Origin: Selaginella moellendorffii
Taxonomy: Eukaryota; Plantae; Lycopodiophyta
Assembly (NCBI RefSeq): GCF_000143415.4
Contig: NW_003314266.1
Location: forward strand, 1,944,463 to 2,008,462
Reading direction: 5' to 3'
DNA length: 64,000 nucleotides
Positions 44,727-56,639 of this stretch are shown in pieces (within the stretch, counting starts at the first letter, position 1; each line of letters opens with the position of its first letter). Made by a program: the position numbers and the translations under genes. The notes under the pieces are model-generated. The model was not told where the DNA came from. It was given only the letters and a program-made list of their open reading frames with translations, and made no database searches.

Positions 44727-47700
44727 CTACACCACATCTATCAGCAACCTCTTCTGGTCGATCTGATCGTCGCTATCTCCCGCGGAAGTGAGGCTGGGAT
44801 CCACATCCTTGAGCATCCGCACAACCTCGCGCATCGAGGGGCGATTGGCGGGCACCTCGCTGGTGCAGTGGAGCGCGATCTTGAGCACCAGCATCATGTC
44901 TCTCGGGCTGGCGCCCACGATCCTGGGATCGAACACCTTGATCACGTCGTCCCTGGATTGGATCTTGGCGCACACCCATCGCACGATGTCCATGCCATCG
45001 TCGCCAAACCCAGCGTCCACTGGTCTCCTCCCAGTGAGGAGCTCGAGCAGCACAACTCCATAGCTGTAGATATCGCTCTTCTCGTTCACCTTGAGCTTGT
45101 GCGCGTACTCTGCAAGGAAAACAAGGATTCCATCACTTTGGTCGATCGAAGAAAGCAAAGATCGAAAGACCAACCTGGAGCGATGTAGCCCAAAGATCCT
45201 GGAAGCGATGAAACTGAGTATCCGCCACCATTTTCCCCGCTGGATGATCCCTCGAGCAGCCTCGCCAGCCCAAAGTCCGCCAGCAAACCATCAAACTCCT
45301 CGCTCAAAAGAATGTTGTTTGACTTCACGTCCCGGTGGAGTATCTGCGGTACACAGTCGTGGTGTAGATACGCCAGCCCGTGCGCGGCGCCAAGTGCCGC
45401 GCGGTACCGCGCGGACCAGTCCAACATCCCGCTTTTTTTACTGTGGAGAAGATCGCCCAAGCTCCCATTGGGCATGTAGTCGTAAACCAAGACGTTGGTC
45501 TCGCCATTGGAGCAGCAGCACAGCAACCGGACGATGTTTACGTGACGGATCCGTCCCAGGCTTTCGATCTCGGCCTGGAATCCATAGTCCCAGCCGCTGC
45601 TGCTCGTCGTGTCTTTGCCACCGCTCGACGACCATAGCTTCTTCACGGCCAGGCACTGCCCATTCTTCAAGCTCGCCTTGTAAACTTTCCCAGCTCCGCC
45701 ACACCCGATCACATTGTCCTCGTCCAGGCTCGCCAAGACATCCTCCTGGCTGAAATCCAGCTTCTGGAACGGCGTCAAGCTCCACTCGAGCGCCTCTCCG
45801 CGTCCTCCAAACCTTCGATCCTGCTCCTCCCGGTGGACGAGCGCTTTGTACTTCCGGTAGAACCAACACGACGCCGCCAAAGACACCAGCGCCGCGGAGG
45901 CGAGCACCACTCCAGCGATCAAAGCCATCACTCCCGGACTCCTCTTGCTCCTCTGAGTCTGATCGGCCTCCATGCCCGAGGAGGCCGAGCAAGGAGAGCC
46001 CGAGGTGGTGACGCACAGCCCCGGGTTGCCGATGAAGCTCGAGCCAAACACCGCGCTGTTCACGTCAAACGGTACGGACCCAGTTAACTGGTTGTACGAC
46101 ACGTTGAAGTGCGTGAACTCGGCCAGCCGGAGCTTGCCGAGCTCGGGCGGGATCCTGCCGCTCAGCTGGTTCTCGGACAGATCCAGCGATATGAGATTGG
46201 AGAGCTCGCCAACTTCGCCTGGGATGGATCCCGAGAGGGAGTTCCTGGCGAGGCTGAGGTACTGCAGGCGCTTGAGCTCGCCGATCTCGCCAGGGATCGG
46301 CCCCTGGAGCTTGTTTCCATCCAGGAAGAGATACGTCAGGCTCAAGCACTGCGCGATCTCGCTGGGGATGCTTCCGGTGAGCCGGTTGCCGCTGGCGTTG
46401 AGCTGGTTGAGGCTCCGGAGCCGGCCCATCGATTTGGGCAGCTCGCCATCCATCTGGTTCCCAAAGATCCTCAGCATTTCCAGCCTCTCGGACTTGGCAA
46501 TGGCCGGATCGATCGCGCCCTCGAGCTGGTTGTCCGAGATATCGAGGATGACCATGAGTGGCTTCCCCCACAGCCCCGGCGGTACCGCCCCGGAGAGAGA
46601 GTTCCCGAAGATTCTTACCCGGATGAGCGACTCGCACGACCCCAGCTCCGGCGGTATACCGCCCGAGAAGCTGTTCTGGAAGAGCATGAGCCGCCACAGC
46701 CGGCCACCGCGGCAGAGATTCCTGGGGATTTCTCCCGAGAGATTGTTGGAGGAGACGTCGAAGATCTGGAGGCTGGAGAGGCTGCCCATGTCCGGCGGCA
46801 GCTTCCCGGTGAGGCGGTTTTGAAACAGTGCTACGTCGTACAGCGCGGTAAGGTTGGCGATGCCGCCCGGTACCGCCCCGGTCAGCGAGTTGTTCCAGAG
46901 GTGGATGAGCGCCAGGCCGCGGATGGACGCGATCTCTTCCGGTATGCTCCCGCTGAGAGAATTGCTGCTGAGGTCTAGATCCGTGAGAGACGTCAGCCCC
47001 GCGATCTCCCGCGGTATGCCGCCCGTGAGGAGATTGTTGTAGAGCTCGAGCTTGGTCAGCTTGGGGAGGCCCAGGATCGCCAATGGAATCTCTCCCGACA
47101 GGCTGTTGTACGTGAGCTCCAGGAAATCGAGCTCGCGGAGATCGCCCAGCCAGGAAGGAATTCGCCCCGAGAGGCCGCATCCGCCACACTTGAGCGACTG
47201 GAGAGTGGAGAGGTTCCGAAGGGATTCTGGGAGCTCGGGGCCGAGATTGTTGTACGAGAGCGTGAGATTCGTGAGGGAGGAGAGCTCACCGATCGAAGAT
47301 GGCAGTGGCCCCCCGAGCTTGCAGCTCCAGAGGAGCAATCGCTGGAGATTCTTGAGGCCGCCGAGCTCCTCGGGAATGGTTCCAGTGAAGGGATCGAAGG
47401 AGAGATCGAGGTGCTGGAGGAGCGACAGCGCGGAGAGATTGGCCGGGAGAGCTCCGCCCATGGATGGATTCCTCTGGAGCTCCAGCGAGACGAGATTCTT
47501 GCAGCTGAGAATCCACACCGGGAATCCCCCGGAGAAGGAGTTGTCATACGCGGCGAAGGAGGAGAGATTGGAGAGCCCCGAGCAGTCGAAGAGGCCATCG
47601 ATGCTGCCGCTTAGATTCCTCGATCCGATGTTGATGGCCACCACGATTCCAGTGACGCATTCCACGCCCTCCCAGCCGCACGGGGATTTGTCCGAGCTCT

Positions 47701-47899
47701 TCCAGCTCGCCAGCCGATCGTAGCGATCCACGATTCCACTCTTGAGCGCGAGCATTGCCACGACTTGATCCGACCCATCACCCAAAGCCACGGCAAAGAT
47801 CGCGAAGCACGATCCCAGCACCGCGGCGAGGATCTGGCACGACATCCTCGCGCCCGATCGGCGAGACCCACGCGCAAGAACACGGTCAGCGGCGCTCAT
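44727..47899 (-). CDS. LRR receptor-like kinase, subfamily XI (HAESA/HSL-like); one intron at 45110-45174
   Basis: About 20 LRRs, TM GVMALIAGVVLASAALVSLAASCWF, WSLTPFQKLDF, IGCGGAGKVYK, AVKKLW, HRDVKSNNILL, GSLGYIAP|EYAHKLKVNEKSDIYSYG. Start may instead be the second ATG (about 47845). Confidence 0.95.
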
Positions 47900-49869
47900 C
47901 CATTTGATTCACAGCAGATGCCCGGCCTGGGCATTTTGACCGGTGATCTTTTCTCTTGTGCGTCGAGCGATCCCACCCAACCTCTTTAAAAATCCTGCGC
48001 AGATTGATCACGACTACGATGTGATTCCCGGCGTAGATATTCAAAAATTTGGAGACGCAGACGCCTCTTTTCCTTTCCACCCTTTTCTCTCTGCAAGAAA
48101 GATAGCAACAGCGAGGGGTCGCTCCACAAACAGCTGCAGCGCTCGAACGGGACCCTCTTGCGAAAAAAAGAAAAAAAAAAACTCGCTCCGCAAAAGATGA
48201 AACCAACTTGGCTTCTTCGTCGTCTCTCACGACACCAATGCTACCTCATCAGCCACAAATCGGCTACAATTTCCTGGAGGATCTTCCCAATTATCACCAC
48301 TGGTACTCTCTCTAAGTAGCTCCATAGCTAGCCTCGTCTATCTACACCTTCATCAACTCCGAAAGATCTATACCACATCACCCAAAAGATCAATCCATTC
48401 GGCGTCATTAGATCTGTCTCCATCCAGCTACGGAAGCTCATCCCAAATGCAAGCGATCCCGCCCCGAAAAGGAGCAGCGAAAGCAACAGCCATCGATCGA
48501 TCGCATTTTTTTGAAGGGAATCTCAGATTAGATTAACACTGGACTAATCAACTCCGGCACCCGTAGTTGTTCCTCGATTACACGCAAATTCCTGGTGTGG
48601 TGTCCCTCCAAAGTCCCAATTAAACAGCATACCCAAAGTGCTCCGTGCTGTGCATGTTGTTCCCCGTGTTGCGCGAACAATGATTCAAAATCGTCGTGTA
48701 TGGTGTCTGTTTGGAGGAATATAAAAATAAGAAAGAGTCGGAGCGAATCCTTCCAGAATCGAAACTCCGCTTTGCCATTTGTTCGGTTGCGTTGATCCTA
48801 GTTGAGGCCTCCACACCAACCTGATTCACTCTCTCTCCGCTTACCTGGCGATGACGTGGCATCAGCCTTGTTTTATCTCCAGCGCACTCCCTCTCCCGTC
48901 CGTCGCCGCTGCACACTCCCGCCCGCGGCTATCGCCCGCCCGCGGCTCCCGCCCGCCCGCTCGCCCTCACGGCTCCCGCCCGCACTCCCACCCGCCCCCG
49001 CACGTCCGCCCGCGCCCAGCGTGCGCCCTAAAATTACTTCCACGTGGCCACAGCCCCAACACTTAGCCAAATTTCAATCAGCACGCCCTGGTCCACCCAT
49101 TCACGCCGGATGGTTGCCCCATAATTGACCTAAAAACGTTTCTGTTTCTTTTATGATCAAGCATGGCAGCAGCACATCAATTTCCAGAGGTAAGCAATCA
49201 ATTCAATTTCATATTGATTCAAGAAAATCATTTAAGATCCCCCATGGCTTGATGAGGTGCAAGAATTCCATGAAAAAGATTATTTTTGTGCAGATGATTT
49301 AGATTGGAATTTGTCTAAATCAAATGAAACTATAGCTCCTATTGTGTATATATTCCAGAAAGATGTGAATAAGTTTCTAGATGGTGAGAGGAGAAAGGGT
49401 GATAGAGTGGATTTTTGGCGATTTTCTAACAAAAATCGTGATCCTGGAGATTTGAAACGACCCAAAAACACAAGCTTTTTATCATTAATCAGGTATATCT
49501 TTTTAACAAAATATAATTACTAACTTCATGATACAGGTATTGGTGTGAATATGGAAAACAAGATGCTCATGAAACATCCTCTATTATGGTTGCTGAATCT
49601 ACACCAAAGTCAGGATTTGGAAGTAGACCAGGTCGAACTTCTAATAAGCGGGGTTGCCTTTGCAATTTTTTGGTCAAACAGTTTTACAAATGGCCTGATT
49701 ATGTGTAGATTACATATTATCATAGAGAACATTGTGATAAGAATGGGATTCCTTGTCATGGTCAACTTGATCCGACTGGAGGAAAGTCATTATTTCCTCA
49801 GAAGCTTTCAGCAGATATTCGATATTGGGTGATTCATAGTGACAAAAAGAGTGAAGAGTGACAAAAAAG

Positions 49870-50400
49870 ACAGGAACGGAAGAAGTACCTTTAGTGATCC
49901 AGCGGGTGTTGAACCAATTCCAGGATACCATGCCGGAGGAGTTACCGGCGGGGTTGCCCCCCGCATGACCGATAGAACATAAGATTGAGTTAGTCGAGGG
50001 TGCTGAGGCGGTGGTTTGTCCCCTCTATCGTTTGAACGAAAAAGAACTCAAGGAGCTCAAGTGCCAACTAGAGGAGTTGGTGGACAAAGGGTATGTTAGG
50101 TTGAGCAAGTCGCCATATGGGGCGTCGGTGTTATTTGTGAAAAAGAAAGATGGATCTATGCGCATGTGCATAGATTACTGGTTGCTCAACAAGTATACAA
50201 AGAAGAACAAGTACCCTTTGCCAAGGATTGAGGACCTATTCGATAGGTTGGGAAAGGCGCGCAAGAGCAATCGACAAGGACGCGAGGTGAGAGAGTTGTG
50301 AAGTGGAAAAGATTTCCACACTGCGAAGCAACATGGGAATCGGAGGAGAACCTGGCAAATGCGCGAGATCTAGTGGAGGAATTTCTGCAAGGCAGAACTC
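49870..50400 (+). mobile_element. Ty3/Gypsy chromovirus pol fragment (RT N-terminus joined directly to chromodomain)
   Basis: PEELPAGLPP...IEHKIEL...[23 protein letters not shown]...[14 protein letters not shown], immediately followed by [29 protein letters not shown]. Confidence 0.9.
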
Positions 50401-50460
50401 TATGTACTTATGCAAAGTTCAATTAAAAATATTAATTTGCAAAGTTGAGCAAGTGGCATA

Positions 50461-51600
50461 TGTTGGGACCCGAAGGCGCGCCGAAGGTAAGCTAATTAGC
50501 ATGGGTTAGCTAAGTCGACCAGGCGTAGGGAGCTAGGCCCGACTCCCTGCGGGGATGTCGAATCCGTAGACGTATTCTACGGAGGTTGGGTTCGAGTCCC
50601 AACCCCCTAGTAAAGCAAGGCTGGGTTCAAGTCCCAACCCCATACTAGGGCGTGGTGCGGTGAAGAGTATAGGGACACCTATATTCCGTTGTCATGGGCT
50701 CTTGGCCGGGGAGGCTAACTTAGGCTCACCGCTAAGTGGGGGGATGCCCCCGGAGACATGGTCAATAAGTCGTAGGATCAAAAGAGAGATGTTCGATGTG
50801 GGCATCGAACTTCTTCTATGGGTGGTGGAGTTGCAAGGAACCAACTCGCCGAGGTGTCGTAGGCTAAAAGAACCCCGAAAGCATGACCAAAATGACAAAG
50901 AGTTCATCGGATTGGACCAAGTCGAAGATCGAGTCCAAGACCGACTCGGAGACCAAGTTCGAGATAGAGTCCGGAATCGAGTCCAATGCCGACTCGGGGA
51001 CCGAGTTCGAGACCGAGTTCGAGATCCGAAATCGGGTCCGAGACCGAGTCCGAGGTCGAGTCCGAGGTCGGGTTCGAGATCAGGTCCGAGATCAGGTCCG
51101 AGATCGAGTCCGAGACCGAATCCGAAGTTGGATCCGAAATCGAGTCCGAGATCGAGCCAGAGACCAAGTCCAAATACTAATACGGGTCAAAGGGTGAAAG
51201 CCCAAAGCGTGCGTCTCCCAGGGGGGGGGGGGGCTGCAGGGGGTTCCAAAAGTATAGTAGGGATAGTGAGGTCTAGGAACCAGTTTTGAAGGGGCTCTCC
51301 AGTGGGGCTCCCAAACCGACTTGAGGTTGAGACTGGGACCGAGGGGCCTTGGGTGGGAGTGAGCATGGACTTGGTTGGTGCTGGAGGGGCCATCCAAGGA
51401 AGTGCTCAAGAGTAGCTCCCACTCCCGAAAGGGAAACCGATTGCGGTGCTCCCGGCTCAGGTGGAGTGGTGCCCCACTTGAGTACCACGCGGCTCATTGG
51501 TCCTCGCCCTTCCTAGGGGCTTGGGCCTTCCTTCGGGATAGAAGTGGGGGGGTAGAGGTACCCATACCGGGCCGCTAGGCCATGGTGTTTCGCCCTGACA
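50461..51600. mobile_element. Probable LTR (TG...CA bounded) containing a 12-bp minisatellite
   Basis: GC-rich block starting TGTTGGG and ending CCTGACA, next to the gypsy fragment. No TSD found, so boundaries are tentative. Confidence 0.4.
50914..51175. repeat. 12-bp tandem minisatellite (GAGTCCGAGAYC-like, about 20 degenerate units)
   Basis: gagttcgagacc, gagtccgaggtc, aggtccgagatc, gagtccgagacc and similar units. Explains the repetitive ORFs in the track. Confidence 0.9.
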
Positions 51601-53526
51601 TCCCGAAGCAAGTGTTGCACTCAAGACTTGGGATTTAGAGGGTCCCATGATCAAGTCTTGTGGTACCAAGGGGTGTTAGGAATCTGGAAGTTTGGTGTGC
51701 TTGGCTACTTGTGCTTGCAGGGAGTGTAGCTGAACCTTAAGTCTAGTCTAACCCAAGGAGGGGGATTGGGAGTGATTTGGGAATCCGTGGATGGATGGCT
51801 AACACTTCGTTGCTCGTGCAGTAAGTAGCTGAAACCAAGTAGGAGCTGGTATCATAGGCAAGAACCTTGGCAAGGGAGCTTAGCGAAAGCCAAAGCAGTG
51901 TTGGACGGATAGACGAGGTAAGTTGGCAAATTGGAAAGGAAAAATTTGTGGCTGACAATTAGGATGGAAATATGGAAACATCTTGGAAATATTATGTATC
52001 ATTCAATTCATGCAGCTTTTCATGATGATAATATTATGCGAGCTGAGATTAAACAACTTATTGAACATTTTGAGGTGGATTTTCAAAATGAAGTAGCCTT
52101 TATCAAGTATTTTCAAGACGAATGGAAGGACAAAGTTGGTAAGTGAATCAATAATTTAATTTTTATAATTTATTTTAATTTATATTTGATAGATATGTGG
52201 GTTGTTGCTGCTCGAAATTTCCCTCATGCTAACAAGGAAACAAATAGTTCGATTGAGGCATTCCATGCAAATATGAAAGCTATACTCTCGTCCAATAAAA
52301 AACATGCTCGCAATCGAAAGATGGATTGGGCAATTCATCAACTTACTACTAAGGTTCATGCGAGGTACTGGTTTACTACTTATTGCAAAGATCATGGTTT
52401 CATCTGAAACCATGCATATGAAAAGCTAATCGATGGTGCGATTGTTAAAGCAAGAAATATTAACGACTCTCAAGTAAAATTCGATAAGGACAATACTCAC
52501 AAATCCTATGTACAATCCTCTTCAGATCCAACTATATGGTATCATGTTGTCGGAGGTGAAGGACACAGTGATTGGGCTTTTTTGACTTTGTGTAATTGTC
52601 CGTGGGCAATTAAAGGAAACTTTTGCAAGCATCAAGCAAAAGTTATTATGTTAAAACAAGGAGAAAAAACCGATTGGACTACAACTAGTTATGAGGTTCA
52701 ACCATCACAATCGCATACAATCTTAGAACCTGGGCTAGATGATTTATTTTATCGTCATCAAGATTTTGAAGCACTTGACTTGGAAGCTATGACAAAGGTA
52801 ATTCACTTATTAATTAAAATTTTGAAATACTTATAAAAATTTAAGCAGGAAAACATCCATCAAGATGTTTATCATGAGCAAGAAATTCAATTGGAGACTA
52901 CATTAGAGGTAAACTAACATATTTTATATACTAATATATATGAATATTGAGCAGGAAGATATCCATCAAAATATACAGCATCAACAAGAAATTCAGCTAA
53001 GGACTACTATAGAGGTAATTTACACTAAGTAAATTTTAAATATTGATATGAACTTTAAGCAGGAAGATATCACTCCATCAAAAGTTACAAAAGCGATATT
53101 ACAACAAAAGATGATGGATATCTTACAAGATCTTCCTGATGAAGAAGCTTTTTTATCTATGGTTGACAACGATTTAGAAATGATACAGCAAAAGGTTGCA
53201 ACTTTTAAAGCCAGGCCAGATGATCTTATTCATCCTGCAACAGAATTTCAACAGCGTGTTGATAATTATGGTAGATCCTTGAAGCGAGCAAAACCTTTGG
53301 TGGAAAGAATTACAGGTAAAAGAAAAGCTTCTAGTAGTCTAGAAGCAACTCCTTTTACTAGGCAGAGGAAGACAAGAAAGAAAAGCTCTTTAAATGAAAA
53401 ACTCAATCTTAGCAAAGAATAAATAAAAAAACAAACTCTTTATATTTAAATTAGTGAGAAGAAGATTTCATAAGTTTACCACTTGTCGGCGGATACACGA
53501 GCCATGGGCTGATATCTTTTCGCGGG

Positions 53527-53626
53527 NNNNNNNNNNNNNNNNNNNNNNNNNNNNNNNNNNNNNNNNNNNNNNNNNNNNNNNNNNNNNNNNNNNNNNNNNN
53601 NNNNNNNNNNNNNNNNNNNNNNNNNN
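53527..53626. other. Assembly gap (100 N)
   Basis: Run of Ns. Confidence 1.
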
Positions 53627-56600
53627 GACGTTTCCCTTTGTTTGGTTTGCTTGGCTGCTAGCTCCGGTATAGATTTGTTTTGACAAAGAGAAATTTTGTT
53701 CGTAAGACAAAGCTTGCTTAATAGGAATGTTATTTCGATCGTAAGGGATTTGAAGTTAAAGATGTGAATGGGCTAACTTTGTATCAACAAGAATTATACA
53801 CTTACATCCAGTATTTCTGTATGGTCTCTTTTGTCGAAAGAAAGTTGTCATATACGGTTTTCCTGTTGGAGGCATCAGCGTTGTCTGTTCCACAATGATA
53901 AATCAACTGGTGCTAATATTTTTCTCTGGATTGTATAATGCAGTAATACAACCTATGGGTTCTGACGATTGGTATGACGGGGTCAGTTTGTTCAAATTCA
54001 TCGTGGTCTACAGTACGAGGTCTTTGCTCTAATCTGTTCTTGTGTTTTGGAAAGCACAAGCCATTGTACTCGTGGGATCGAACGCTGCAACTGTTTTTGC
54101 GGGGCTGGCTCATGTCTACATGTTGCAGTCTCCACATGAAATCTTAGGAGGTGGTTGCGATGGTTGGGCATGTATATGAACGTGCCAGTGGATAAGGACA
54201 AACAGCATGCTGTGCGACAAGAGAAGGTCATTGAAGCTTTTGAGGGAGTTTGCCAATGCAACAGGGAATACTTTGCTGAATATCTGAAGAGCCTCAAGGA
54301 ACTTGGCAAGCAAGAATTACAATGAGGAGTAAGAGTTTAGCAATTAGTTCCATTGCCTCCAAGCTTCTTTACAATCTTATGCCACCAGCTCACTGTTAGT
54401 CTTCTGGATGATCCTGCCGCTCTTTTCGCTGATGCTCGTGAGCATTCTTTCTCGAATGATCCGGATCTTGATTGCTGAAGGAATTGGGTCGAGTTGAGTA
54501 TCATATATATACTGAAGAGAAAAATGTGTCTGCGTTTTAGCATAGTCCACTTTGGCCAGGAGTTCTTCGAGATTCTTCATGTCAAGTCCTGGTCTTTGTA
54601 AAGGGGTTGATCTCCTGGCAGAGAATGTCGTAATAAATCAATCGTAATTTGTGTAATGAAGCTGGCGACCAAGGCCTGGCGTATCCTGGATGTGATCCCT
54701 TCTAGTGAGAGCTCCATGGAAGGCCTTGTGGATGATTAGGTTGGAATTTTCTCAGAGTCTATGCTCAAGATCTCCATGATTCACGAAGATCATTCGAAAC
54801 TAAACCACCTTTTCAGCAACTTGCACTTTTTTATTTCTTGGCTGCATCACAGCACCCTTTAAGCATGAGCTTGTGTAGATTTTGGGAGAAATTTCCTCTT
54901 GCAAAAGCAGGACAGGAACAAGGGGAGAAGCTCATTTGACAGATGTTCTTGCAAACCTTCTTGAGAGATGCCTCCAGTGTCAGAGAGAAGAAGATAAAGA
55001 CTTAAGTAGTTAGTTGAAAGTGAAGAGACACAAACACACGCACAATATATCTCAATTGTACTTAACATCAAGTGGTTGATCCAAGCTTGAATCTAAACTG
55101 GAATCATGCCTATGATGAGCATATAGAATTGATGAGAAAAACATACAAAAAACTCATCAGAAAACTTGGTTCTTAGTCTCAGTTTTGCTTACACACACTC
55201 TTGCTCATTACTGTGGCTTCAATATTGCTATTAACATATGGTCTCACTATATATGGCTATGAATTACTAGGCTCCCACTTCTGCTACTATTAGGCACTTG
55301 AATCTCCATAAATATCTTTCCCCTTACAAAGAATTGTTATGACCTAATTCTTGTTGAAATTTTTTAATCTCTCAATTTCCCACTAGCCTAATACTTTGTT
55401 TGCTACTACTTGTTGCTCAGCACCTAAGTGCCTTGATGCAACACCTCCATGAAAGCCTCAAGCATTGCAAAAGGGATTGCAATTGAGAGGTTCATCATCC
55501 TCTTTATCAATGATAAGTGGTCAGCAAATACCATGCCCAAGATCAAGGAGCTAATTGCTTCAATACCATAAAAGTAATTAAAAGAGGTACATATAAAGAA
55601 GAACTTTATATCTCAATTGTGTATGGATGGGTATATATAAACTATTGCTACATGGATATAACTACACTCTACTTCTAATAATAGTCTCAATAGTTTCACA
55701 CATTACAATAAAAATCTTAACTCTAGAATCTTTTGTTAGAACACAATTAATTAAGTGAATAATGCTTTTAATATAGTACCATTTTCCCTTGCTAAAAATA
55801 TCAAAGTTCTATACAAGTTATTTTACATTAATAGATAAAGTAGTATTTATCCAATTATTCCTTATAATATTATGTCAACCAATCAAAAGTTATTTTTATT
55901 TAAATCAAAACTATACCCCTTTCCCAATTTAAATTGCTCTTGAGTTAAAAACATGGTATAAGTAAATTAATAAAAATGATCATATTTATTTATATAAAAA
56001 TGTAAATTTTGGTTTAACTTTGTCTTTTATTGATACTACTTAGTTACATCAAGATGCACATTAGATATACCCTAATTAGCATTCATTTTTGTGATTGAAA
56101 TGTATTATTTCTAGATTTATAACTTACTATTATTTACTAAAAATAAAAAAGGTGAGAAAATATTTAAAGAGTTGACATATATATCATATAAAAGATGTAG
56201 AAAAAGAACTTTTAGAAATTTTATTATTGTTATTTAATGGTTTTATACTTTTCTAAATCTTGATTGTCCTTATATTAATATATTTTTATCTTTCATTAAT
56301 TTTATTAGCAACAGTGACTTTTGCTCTTAAAGATTTAATCAGCTATACTATATTACATTTCAGGTAATTAATATTTTTTTTAATATTTCATCCATTATTT
56401 TTTCTTTTCTTTTATTTTTTTGGCAACCTTCAATTCCATTAGATAATTCCATTGGGAAAGATTTAATAATTAACTTCATGCAAATAATATATGTAAACAT
56501 GAATTACCCCCAGCAGTCGAAGAGGCCATTGATGCTTCCATCTAAACCACAATCCACCAGTGTCATATTCCACACCCTCCAAGCCACACGGGGAATTTTC

Positions 56601-56639
56601 TGAGCTCTTCTAGTCCTTCAACCGATTGTAGCGATCCAC

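Larger units (their letters stand above)
48796..53526 (+). mobile_element. Degenerate Mutator-like (MULE/SWIM) DNA transposon with nested retroelement; right end probably in the gap
   Basis: Absent from the paralogous site at about 58990. Encodes KRGCLCNFLVK...HCDKNGIPCHG (49.5-49.8 kb) and WVVAARNFPHANKETNSSIEAFH...DWAIHQL...CNCPWAIKGNFCKH (SWIM finger, 52.2-52.65 kb), with in-frame stops. Confidence 0.8.

Noticed and set aside
45091-47723. Long overlapping ORFs on the opposite strand or alternative frames of the LRR-RLK (also over the PPR genes)
   Set aside because: Shadow ORFs expected from GC-rich coding sequence; no recognisable motifs.
50660-51409. Repetitive ORFs (RS/RD-rich, ESETE-rich) and a CRISPR-like look
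   Set aside because: All arise from a 12-bp minisatellite with no unique spacers; not genes and not CRISPR.
51847-51857. TGGTATCATAG resembling a tRNA-Met primer-binding site
   Set aside because: Imperfect and not adjacent to an LTR-ending CA.
53913-55071. Coding-like fragments in the duplicated region, and similarly at 5894-6150, 7035-8280 and 60330-60770
   Set aside because: Stops in all frames and no recognisable family.
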